NCBI GenBank assembly: GCA_023265625.1
Contig: JAHFST010000003.1
Coordinates: forward strand, 168,482 to 232,481
DNA: 64,000 nucleotides
Direction of reading: 5' to 3'
DNA from: Deltaproteobacteria bacterium
GTDB lineage: Bacteria; UBA10199; JACPAL01; JAHFST01
This document shows positions 7,776 through 15,296 of the stretch, piece after piece. A model generated the notes under the pieces. That model saw nothing but the letters and a program-made list of their open reading frames with translations. It had not been told where the DNA came from and searched no databases. The number at the start of each line of letters is the position of its first letter. Position 1 is the stretch's first letter. The position numbers and the translations under genes were made by a program.

Positions 7776-9752
7776 ATGGAATTTTGGGGGTTTGAAAATT
7801 GTGGGCGGTTCGTAGGGGAGGCGTTTGCCACCAATAGAATTGGTGATGTTCCTCGTCCACCAGTGCGAATCGATAAAGTGGGTGGTGGTGTTACACAACA
7901 GCCTCCGACAGTCGGCAAACCTGGGTTTCAATCCGGATTAAATCCAGGGCAGTCCTTACAAAAATTATCTCCAGAACAAGTGGCATTGTTGGGACCGGCA
8001 TTACTTAAAATTCTCCAACCCGGGATCAGTGAAACATTACAGCTTGGCACAAATAACTTAACTGGCTTGTTAGGTTCGCCCGTTTTGTCGGGCGGTACTC
8101 AGGTTGTGAATGTGAGCGAACTGGTGACGCAGGTATTGACCCTTTTGGTTTCAGGCGGAAGTTTCTCAGCTTTAGAACATACGGCAGAACATGCTGCAGT
8201 CGTGACCACAACTCATGAATCACCGACAACATCCCAAGCGGCTCCAGTAACTGCGATGGAACATGCGGTGGCTCTCCTATCTGCTGCGTCCGCTCCGGCA
8301 GCGAATACGAATCAGGAATCGCCAGATATCTCCCAGGGTCATACGGTTGTCTCTCCTGAGCATGCAGAACTTAGCGCTGTTGCCAGTCTCCTGTCGGGAA
8401 TGGCGGCCAATGTGGATGTTGAACAACCCTCTCAATTGCTTTTTGCGTCTCCCATTATGGCCCCTGAGGTTGTGTTGCGCACCCACTTGGAGACCTTGCT
8501 GGGCCTGACCTCGAGTTCCGAGGGGTCACTCTCCGTGGCGTTGGAATTAGTCCAGTTGGCGCAAAGTGTGCGTGCCTTATCGGCCTCCGGAGAATTGTCT
8601 CTCGTGTTGCCCTTATTGGGGCAATGTCAGGACCATGCTGAATTTCAACAGTTGAATACGGTCCTGGCGCGCTTTGTCGGCCTGCGTCCGGGCGGACATT
8701 TTCAGGTGGTGCAGCAATTGATTGAGCAGGCCCCAGAATCGGTGCAAGAATTTTCCCAGTTGGTGGCCCAGGTGGCGGTGAGTGAGACTCAGCCCGCGGC
8801 GCTTGTGGCAGTCAGCGAGTCCCCTTTGACGCTCTTTCACGAGGCTTCGGTTGTTCCGGCTCAGGTGGTGTCAACATCAGCGCTGGTCCCAGCGGCTCCT
8901 CAGGCTCCATCAAAGACTCAGTCATCCACTCGATTGGCCGCAGAGACTTCTTTGGTCCGCCGCGTCGGAGTTCCTCTGGCCGAGTTTTTAACCGCATTAC
9001 CCCGTCTGGGTGTCACCGGGGCAGCTGCCCGTGAAATACGAAGTTTTGTCATGCAATTGTCCTCATCGTCCAAGCAACCGGTTTCAGCCCAACAGATGAC
9101 GCACTTTGTGACCCGATTGTTGACCTTGCCAACGGTGCAAACCAAGCCGATGATTTCGATGTTGTTGAAGGCCTTGTACGATCGTAATCCTAAAACTCGT
9201 TTGTTACTTGTTACCCTGTTGCGAGAATTGGCCAAGAAGGCTGATCTGAAACAATTTGCCATGGAACATGCCGAGACCCTGAAGACCTTGGCCCGCACGC
9301 GCGTTTCTGTTCGCACTCCTGATCCACGTCTGGTCGCCGTGAGAGGCGAGGCCCTGGCCCTGCTCTTGGATATGGGACAGCGCCAAGGGAAGAGTCATGA
9401 GGAGATGTTGGCCTTGTTAAATGATGTTGAATTGGTGCCAACCTTGCACCTTCTGTTGTCGAGTGATTCGACCGAGAATATTTTACAGGGCCTGAAGCTC
9501 CTGACCCAGGCCTGGTCCTTTTTGGAGCCAAAGGTCCAGGAGCGGTTTGCCGGGCAGGTTTTGGGGCTGGCCCTGGAAGATTCGGATGACCGAGTCGTGA
9601 CGGGTTCCCTAGGTACCTTGCTGAACCACTACCGGGATCTGGGTGCGGATGTGCAACGTAAGTTGCTGAAAAGAGAGCTCTATTTAGATTTAATCAGGGC
9701 CAACTCGAATCGTTATAGCCGCGGGGCCAATCACTACGCCCGGGCGAGTTGA
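7776..9752 (+). CDS. MEFWGFE-family protein A (Ala/Ser/Gln-rich, 658 aa)
   Basis: Starts MEFWGFENCGRFVGEAFATN; RBS AGGAA 8 nt upstream; N-terminal 20 aa are homologous to the 29477 gene product. Confidence 0.6.
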   Translation: MEFWGFENCGRFVGEAFATNRIGDVPRPPVRIDKVGGGVTQQPPTVGKPGFQSGLNPGQSLQKLSPEQVALLGPALLKILQPGISETLQLGTNNLTGLLGSPVLSGGTQVVNVSELVTQVLTLLVSGGSFSALEHTAEHAAVVTTTHESPTTSQAAPVTAMEHAVALLSAASAPAANTNQESPDISQGHTVVSPEHAELSAVASLLSGMAANVDVEQPSQLLFASPIMAPEVVLRTHLETLLGLTSSSEGSLSVALELVQLAQSVRALSASGELSLVLPLLGQCQDHAEFQQLNTVLARFVGLRPGGHFQVVQQLIEQAPESVQEFSQLVAQVAVSETQPAALVAVSESPLTLFHEASVVPAQVVSTSALVPAAPQAPSKTQSSTRLAAETSLVRRVGVPLAEFLTALPRLGVTGAAAREIRSFVMQLSSSSKQPVSAQQMTHFVTRLLTLPTVQTKPMISMLLKALYDRNPKTRLLLVTLLRELAKKADLKQFAMEHAETLKTLARTRVSVRTPDPRLVAVRGEALALLLDMGQRQGKSHEEMLALLNDVELVPTLHLLLSSDSTENILQGLKLLTQAWSFLEPKVQERFAGQVLGLALEDSDDRVVTGSLGTLLNHYRDLGADVQRKLLKRELYLDLIRANSNRYSRGANHYARAS

Positions 9753-9789
9753 GAAAAAAATGAAAAAAGTGACGATTTTTAATTTTGTA

Positions 9790-9820
9790 AGCAACAATGG
9801 TTCCCTCGGGGGCCGATACT
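9790..9820 (+). promoter_or_regulatory. Sigma-28-like promoter, site B: AGCAACA-N16-CCGATACT
   Basis: Motif family; 23 nt upstream of the 9844 ATG. Confidence 0.45.
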
Positions 9821-9843
9821 AGATTTATAGGGAAGGGATCTTT

Positions 9844-10152
9844 ATGGCATTAGACAAAGTAAATGGCAGTCGACCGGTAGTTCCAGCGCAAGGGGTGGGT
9901 GTTGCCGCCAAGAAGGAAGTGGCAAAGCGGATTGATGCTTTTGCCCGAGTGGCTGGTGGCAAGGGTCATCTTTTTGCCGGGACATCGGCTGGCGGCATCC
10001 TGGGGCGCAGTCTGGGCAGCTTTGGGCTAAGTGCCAATCCCCGTGCGGCCGCCCTGTTGAATGAGGTGGCGACCAGTGATCTTTCCACCCTCCAGGCCAA
10101 TCGTGCCGGGATTGTGACGGGTATTGAGAATCTAGCCCGGGGGTTATCATGA
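9844..10152 (+). CDS. Hypothetical small protein (102 aa)
   Basis: ORF downstream of promoter site B; 4-nt overlap with the next ORF. Confidence 0.4.
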   Translation: MALDKVNGSRPVVPAQGVGVAAKKEVAKRIDAFARVAGGKGHLFAGTSAGGILGRSLGSFGLSANPRAAALLNEVATSDLSTLQANRAGIVTGIENLARGLS

Positions 10153-10475
10153 TTAACAATATTGCCGATGTGGTGCAAAAGTATCCCAAACTCGATTTTC
10201 TCCTCTCCCCGCAATTCCAGTCTCTTCCCCCGGAGAAGCAGAAGTTTTTGCTCGACTGTGTGGAGGATGCGACCTTTTGGATTGACTTAGAAGGTGAACG
10301 TCATGTCACCGACGGCTTCAAGTTCCTAGCCGCCGCCTACGGCCTGTCCCAGGCCGAACAACAGGCCAACGAGCAAGGCCTGCAAGGCAAAGAGAGATCC
10401 GAATTCCTCCGCCCCATCGAAGAGCTCTATACCCAGTTCAATCCGCATTTTGGGACGGATGCGCCGGTAGAGTAG
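10149..10475 (+). CDS. Hypothetical small acidic protein (108 aa)
   Basis: Translationally coupled to 9844..10152. Confidence 0.4.
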   Translation: MINNIADVVQKYPKLDFLLSPQFQSLPPEKQKFLLDCVEDATFWIDLEGERHVTDGFKFLAAAYGLSQAEQQANEQGLQGKERSEFLRPIEELYTQFNPHFGTDAPVE

Positions 10476-10496
10476 AGCAAGCAGTGTTTTCCTAGC

Positions 10497-10886
10497 TTAG
10501 GAGTTTCCTATCTTTTGCAGGACATCAACCAACTCGGCGGGAAATTCTTTGATCTTGTCAAACACCTGATCAGCTGTGAATTGGTTGTAGGTGTGTGATG
10601 TCAGGTTTCTCCCCTCGAGAAATTCAAACCAGAGGTCGATGTTCGTGGCGTATCCTAGGTCATGGATCGTTCGAATGGCTTGACGTGGGGAGGTTACCTC
10701 GATCCCTTCTCGCTTGGCGATCTTGCGGAAAAATTTCCAGGTTAGTTCGAAGGTGTATTCAAAACGCTGGATGGCAGCGTCCCTCACAATGACCGAGTAG
10801 GGAATCTGAAACAGTTCCTGCAAGGTTTGTAAGGCCTGATTCAGGGTTTGGAGGTGAAGAGCGAGTTCCTGTTTTTCCGTTTCCAT
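10497..10886 (-). CDS. HEPN-type nucleotidyltransferase substrate-binding protein (HI0074-like toxin partner)
   Basis: About 129 aa, helical, ...RFEYTFELTWKFFRK... typical of the NTase_sub_bind family; adjacent to an MNT. Confidence 0.65.
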   Translation of the reverse strand: METEKQELALHLQTLNQALQTLQELFQIPYSVIVRDAAIQRFEYTFELTWKFFRKIAKREGIEVTSPRQAIRTIHDLGYATNIDLWFEFLEGRNLTSHTYNQFTADQVFDKIKEFPAELVDVLQKIGNS

Positions 10887-11191
10887 ATTTTTATGTTTTT
10901 TAGGGCAAGAGCGTTGAACTCCGGGGGTACCTTTCTAAAATCGACCAGATCAACTTTGGCGAGTATGGGCAACTCTTCCAGCGCCTCTTGTAGTTGGGCC
11001 AATTTGGAAGGAGAGGGAGGATGGGCGGTATCATAACCGACGTCGTAATCGGATCGATTAGTCTCCCGATGTTTTGCCCGTGAACCAAAGAGAAATATGT
11101 CGGCCTCACAAGAAGCAAAGGCATCCAGAATCAGGGACTGAACGACCTCATCCCATTTAAAGAATTTTTCATGTTTGGTAGGCTCAGACAT
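10841..11191 (-). CDS. Minimal nucleotidyltransferase (MNT, HI0073-like antitoxin partner)
   Basis: GSRAKHRETNRSDYDVG matches the Pol-beta NTase motif GS-x(9-13)-D-x-D; the likely start is the internal Met MSEPTKHEKFF. Confidence 0.65.
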   Translation of the reverse strand: MSEPTKHEKFFKWDEVVQSLILDAFASCEADIFLFGSRAKHRETNRSDYDVGYDTAHPPSPSKLAQLQEALEELPILAKVDLVDFRKVPPEFNALALKNIKIWKRKNRNSLFTSKP

Positions 11192-11535
11192 TACAAAAAT
11201 AATAGGCCCGTTGGCTTGGGCTGTCAAAGGGAGTTTTTGCCTCGTTTGAAAGTTTGACTTCTCCCAGTAGCGCCCTTATTCTAGCCGTATGCCCATGAAG
11301 ATAGTGACAAAGCGAAAAGGTGAGGAACCTTCGGTGCAAGGGGCAAGGGTCCTGCAAAAAACCATTCATGATCTTCGCGGGTCTTGGCTTGTGCCGAGAG
11401 GCGTTTATAGTTTTTCCAGTTTTCAGGAGGGCTGATCCGCATGAAAAATACCATCAGGCCATCGGCATCATAGGGGAAAGACTCTTTTTTTAGGAGGATT
11501 TTTTCACGGAAATCTTGATTTTGTTCTATCAAGAG

Positions 11536-11625
11536 CCATTGAGGTGCGTTATCCGGATGAAAAAAGGGAGTTGTACTGGAATCGGTGGTTGTGGATTAAG
11601 TACACAATTTTTTGCATTCTACCAC
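11536..11625 (+). pseudogene. Internally deleted remnant of a HEPN-MNT cassette (HEPN 3' end fused directly to the MNT 3' end)
   Basis: 11536-11576 is near-identical to 12993-13032 (HEPN ...RYPDEKRELY); 11577-11625 matches 13385-13436 (MNT ...LESVVVE* plus downstream); about 350 bp of the intact cassette is missing. Confidence 0.55.
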
Positions 11626-11873
11626 TATGAGAAGAATAGGCAAACGATCGAAGTCAAATTCCAAGAAGATCTTCAAGACAAAAACCGCGTCCCGGGTTTT
11701 GGAGGATGCTGTCAGCTTTCACGGGGCCATGGTAGAGGTCAGCGTTCATAATGCCTACAAGTCAAGCTTGTTCGGAGGAGGGTCTCCCATTACGGTCGCC
11801 GCTGAGAGGAGTGTTACTCTGCGGGATTCGAATTTGACGAGAACCATCAATTCTTGGGCCTCACAATTTTGAG

Positions 11874-12665
11874 ATGAGTTTCCTGGTTATGACCCTGCCA
11901 AAAGACATCATGATTGACAATCCCGGACTCGGAGCATGGTCGATCCTCGTTGCCTACCGCGGATCGATCGCCCATGGGATGTTTGTTCCCAGTACGGATC
12001 CTCACTCTATTGATGACAGGGATGTCATGGCCGTTTGCATCCCGCCCGTCGATTACTATTTTGGACTCAAAGAGTTCGGTTCGCGAGGGACTCAGGAAAT
12101 CAAGAAGGGGGAATGGGATATCGTCGTTTATGAGATCAAGAAATTCATCCGACTCCTGGCGAAAGGGAATCCCAATGTCCTGTCAATGCTCTGGCTCAAA
12201 CCAGATCACTACCTCAAATTGACGGAGATCGGCCGTCGTCTGATTGATCACAAACATTTATTTGTTGGGAGGCATGTTTACCACAGCTTTTCCGGATATG
12301 CCCAATCTCAGCTCCACCGGATGACGCATATGGCCTTTCAAGGTTACATGGGTGAGAAGAGAAAGAGACTTGTGCAAAAGTTCGGTTATGACACTAAGAA
12401 TGCCGCCCATCTGATCCGGCTCCTCCGGATGGCCGTTGAATTTCTCGCGGAAGGGGTCCTCCATGTGGAAAGAGAAGATGCTCCCCAGCTTTTGGAAATC
12501 AAGCGCGGAGAGTGGAAGTTGGAGCAAGTGAAAACCGAAGCTGAACGGTTGTTTATGCTTGTTCAAGAAGCTTATATCCAGTCTGCGCTTCCGCTGGAAC
12601 CGGATATGGAGAAAATCAACAAGCTTTGTGTGGAAATGATAGAAATGAGAGCGGAATTTTTCTAG
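11874..12665 (+). CDS. Predicted nucleotidyltransferase (Pol-beta superfamily, RlaP/PF10127-like)
   Basis: RGSIAHGMFVPSTDPHSIDDRDV fits GS-x(n)-D-x-D; 263 aa. Confidence 0.45.
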   Translation: MSFLVMTLPKDIMIDNPGLGAWSILVAYRGSIAHGMFVPSTDPHSIDDRDVMAVCIPPVDYYFGLKEFGSRGTQEIKKGEWDIVVYEIKKFIRLLAKGNPNVLSMLWLKPDHYLKLTEIGRRLIDHKHLFVGRHVYHSFSGYAQSQLHRMTHMAFQGYMGEKRKRLVQKFGYDTKNAAHLIRLLRMAVEFLAEGVLHVEREDAPQLLEIKRGEWKLEQVKTEAERLFMLVQEAYIQSALPLEPDMEKINKLCVEMIEMRAEFF

Positions 12666-12717
12666 AAAAACCTCGAGCTTCTTGCCTTCCTGACACGATT
12701 TGATATGCTGAAGATCC

Positions 12718-13113
12718 ATGACGGTTCAGGACCTACAACAACTATTGGCTTATTGGCGTGAAGGTTCTGATTATGATTGGGGAACCGCTCAATCCCTATT
12801 GCGAGCGAAGCGCTATCCCTATGCCCTGTTTATGGGGCATCTTTCGTTGGAAAAATTGCTCAAGGGTTTGATCGTGAAAGAGACGAGAGACCACGCCCCG
12901 TTTACACACAATCTGGCCTATCTGGCGGGTAAGTTGCCCTTTGAATTCTCCAAAGAGCGGATCGTCTTTTTGGAGGAGATCAATAGTTTCAATATTGAGG
13001 CGCGTTATCCGGATGAAAAAAGGGAGTTGTACAAGCGGGCCACCAAAGAATTTACCAGGCGGATGATGAAAGAAATAGGGCTGGTGCGATTATGGCTGAT
13101 AAAAAAATATTAA
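12718..13113 (+). CDS. HEPN domain protein (toxin partner of the downstream MNT)
   Basis: 131 aa; ...NIEARYPDEKRELY... is the conserved HEPN R-x(4-6)-H-like region; 22-nt overlap with the MNT gene. Confidence 0.65.
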   Translation: MTVQDLQQLLAYWREGSDYDWGTAQSLLRAKRYPYALFMGHLSLEKLLKGLIVKETRDHAPFTHNLAYLAGKLPFEFSKERIVFLEEINSFNIEARYPDEKRELYKRATKEFTRRMMKEIGLVRLWLIKKY

Positions 13114-13409
13114 AAAAATTGAAAAAATTTAAGGGGCTTTTGCAAAAAGCGGGGGTTCCTGTTTACAAGCTGATCCTCTTTGGTTCTCAAGCCCGAGACA
13201 CGGCCAGACCGGATAGTGATATTGATGTCTGTGTGATCTCTCCCGCCTTAGGTAAGGACCGTCTCAAAGAACGACTTTTTCTGGCCCAACAGGCCCATAC
13301 CATTGATCCGCGTATTGAAGTGGTGGGCTATTCCAAAAAAGACTTTATGCACAATCGTGTCTCGCCTCTGCTCCATCAAATTCGCCTGGAATCGGTGGTT
13401 GTGGAATAA
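13092..13409 (+). CDS. Minimal nucleotidyltransferase (MNT antitoxin)
   Basis: LFGSQARDTARPDSDIDVCV is a classic GS-x(n)-D-x-D NTase motif. Confidence 0.75.
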   Translation: MADKKILKKLKKFKGLLQKAGVPVYKLILFGSQARDTARPDSDIDVCVISPALGKDRLKERLFLAQQAHTIDPRIEVVGYSKKDFMHNRVSPLLHQIRLESVVVE

Positions 13410-14561
13410 TTACACAATCTTTTTCACCCTACCACAGAGTTGCTGGAGAAATACCTCGACCGGGAGACAGAGGATTTCTTTTTGCAACAGGCGTTCTTGT
13501 CCTCGGTAGAGCAAGATGGCTTGGCATTCCGGGTATTCTTGTCGAAATGAGGTGAGCCCCCTGAGATCCTCCGGACGGACGCGCGGGGTGCTCTTGACTT
13601 CTATCGCCCAAAAAATATCGTTGCCATAGATGACAAAATCAACCTCCGTTTGGGCTTGAGTTCGCCAAAAGTACAGTTGATGATCGTCCGCAAAATAAGC
13701 CAGCCAGGCACGTAACTGTTGTGCGACTAGTCCTTCGAGGGCGGCCCCTTCAATCATGCCGGGTCGGTCGAGGGGGCCATGGGGGCGCAGCGATTGATAG
13801 ACACCGGTGTCGAAAAGATAAAATTTGGAGTGGGAGATCACGGCACGCTGACTCCTCTTCGCAAACACCGGTACGCGAAAGGCGAGCAGGAGATCTTCTA
13901 AAATGGTGATATAATTTGTCACCACCTTTCTTTCGACCTCGCATTCCCGGGCGACGTTATTGATATTGAGCACTTCTCCGTGTGAAAAACTGATGGCCTC
14001 GAGGAAGCGTGAAAAGTTTCCCACGTTTCTGACCAAGCCCTCCATTTGAACATCTTCACGCACGTAGAGGGCGACGTAACTCTTCAAAACCTCCGCTGGT
14101 TCGGGGGCGGCCATGACGATTGGGAGTAGTCCGGTTTGTAAAGCTTGTGTTAGCTGAAATTGGGCGCCTAACTCAGCGGCGGCGAAGGGGTGGAGCGTTT
14201 TTAACAGGGCTCGCCCCGCCAACAGATCGACCCCCGTTTTTTTAAGTTTTCGTGCGCTCGACCCGGTTAAGATGAATTTCAACCCCCGTTTTTCTTCAAT
14301 GAGTTGATGAACCACGTCGAGCAGTGCTGGGACCTTCTGAACTTCGTCAATGAGGATGACTTGTTCCGATTGGCCGAATATCGCTTCGCGGAGCCGTTCC
14401 GGTCTGGCGCTGTAGACCCGGTCCGTCTCAGGATCCAGGAGGTCAATGCGGAGGGCCGTAGGAAATTGGTATCGCACCCAGGTCGATTTGCCACTCCCCC
14501 GTGGGCCAAACAAAAAGAAGCTCATCTTCGGATCTTGTAAAAAACGATGTATTGATTCCAT
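13410..14561 (-). CDS. AAA+ ATPase of the AAA_14/DUF4143 family
   Basis: Walker A FGPRGSGKST, Walker B ILIDEVQ, then a long DUF4143-like C-terminal region; 383 aa. Confidence 0.8.
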   Translation of the reverse strand: MESIHRFLQDPKMSFFLFGPRGSGKSTWVRYQFPTALRIDLLDPETDRVYSARPERLREAIFGQSEQVILIDEVQKVPALLDVVHQLIEEKRGLKFILTGSSARKLKKTGVDLLAGRALLKTLHPFAAAELGAQFQLTQALQTGLLPIVMAAPEPAEVLKSYVALYVREDVQMEGLVRNVGNFSRFLEAISFSHGEVLNINNVARECEVERKVVTNYITILEDLLLAFRVPVFAKRSQRAVISHSKFYLFDTGVYQSLRPHGPLDRPGMIEGAALEGLVAQQLRAWLAYFADDHQLYFWRTQAQTEVDFVIYGNDIFWAIEVKSTPRVRPEDLRGLTSFRQEYPECQAILLYRGQERLLQKEILCLPVEVFLQQLCGRVKKIV

Positions 14562-14574
14562 TTTTAGACCTATT

Positions 14575-14620
14575 TTGACATTATTAAGTCCAATTTTAGA
14601 CTGAAATTAGTAATTAGTCA
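14575..14620. promoter_or_regulatory. Degenerate palindrome TTGACATTATTAA...TTAGTAATTAGTCAA upstream of the DUF4143 ATPase gene; related to the operators at 19697 and 27909
   Basis: Shares the TGACA(A/T)TATTAA half-site with the two better palindromes. Confidence 0.3.
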
Positions 14621-14676
14621 ATGTGTTTCAGACCTATTTTTTCTTTGAGAGGTCATTAAGTTGCTCCGTCTTCAAA

Positions 14677-14707
14677 CACAACATTGCCCCAGGGGTTTTC
14701 CGATAAG
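14677..14707 (+). promoter_or_regulatory. Sigma-28-like promoter, site C: CACAACA-N16-CCGATAAG
   Basis: Motif family; 31 nt upstream of the 14739 ATG. Confidence 0.4.
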
Positions 14708-14738
14708 TTATTTGTAGGTAACTATAAGGAGAAAATTT

Positions 14739-15173
14739 ATGTCCACTATCATGGGGTTTGGGGCAGGGGGATTGTTGGGGGTGCCGTATCCGGGAGGAGT
14801 AGGGGTTGGTTTCAAAGCGATCTCTGAGTGTTTTGACCGTCCTGTTTTTGTCGATCGCGATAGTCTTGTGCTGGCTTCGAGTTTCGAACGTTTCCTCACT
14901 TATGATGGCCAAGGGGTCGGCGTTTCTTTCCTGGCTTTTTTTCGCCCCATGGCGTTTTTACCCCTGCCTCTGTGGGATTTGACCTTGCTTCTCTACAGCC
15001 CATTAATCCAATTCATGATGGCAGCAGAGGGCATGGATGATCCGATGAATTCTTCCTATAGCCTGTGGAGCATGGCCCACCTTTTGTGCATTTATGACAG
15101 CCTACAGGCCCTCTTGAGCACAATCCCACCTCTTGTCTACAGTTTATCCATATCCATAAGTCATTATAATTAA
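14739..15173 (+). CDS. Hypothetical protein (144 aa, Gly-rich N-terminus)
   Basis: ORF with an RBS AAGGAG 8 nt upstream. Confidence 0.4.
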   Translation: MSTIMGFGAGGLLGVPYPGGVGVGFKAISECFDRPVFVDRDSLVLASSFERFLTYDGQGVGVSFLAFFRPMAFLPLPLWDLTLLLYSPLIQFMMAAEGMDDPMNSSYSLWSMAHLLCIYDSLQALLSTIPPLVYSLSISISHYN

Positions 15174-15221
15174 TAAAGAATTTAATATTTATAGGGATTT
15201 CGAGAGTTTTTTTCTCCGGTC

Positions 15222-15252
15222 CGCAACAGCAGGGCTAGCTCGGACCGATAAT
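15222..15252 (+). promoter_or_regulatory. Sigma-28-like promoter, site D: CGCAACA-N16-CCGATAAT, with a second CCGATACT at 15261
   Basis: Motif family; 44 nt upstream of the 15297 ATG. Confidence 0.5.
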
Positions 15253-15296
15253 CAAAGAGACCGATACTTTTAGGAGTCGGTTAGAGAGACAATTTT

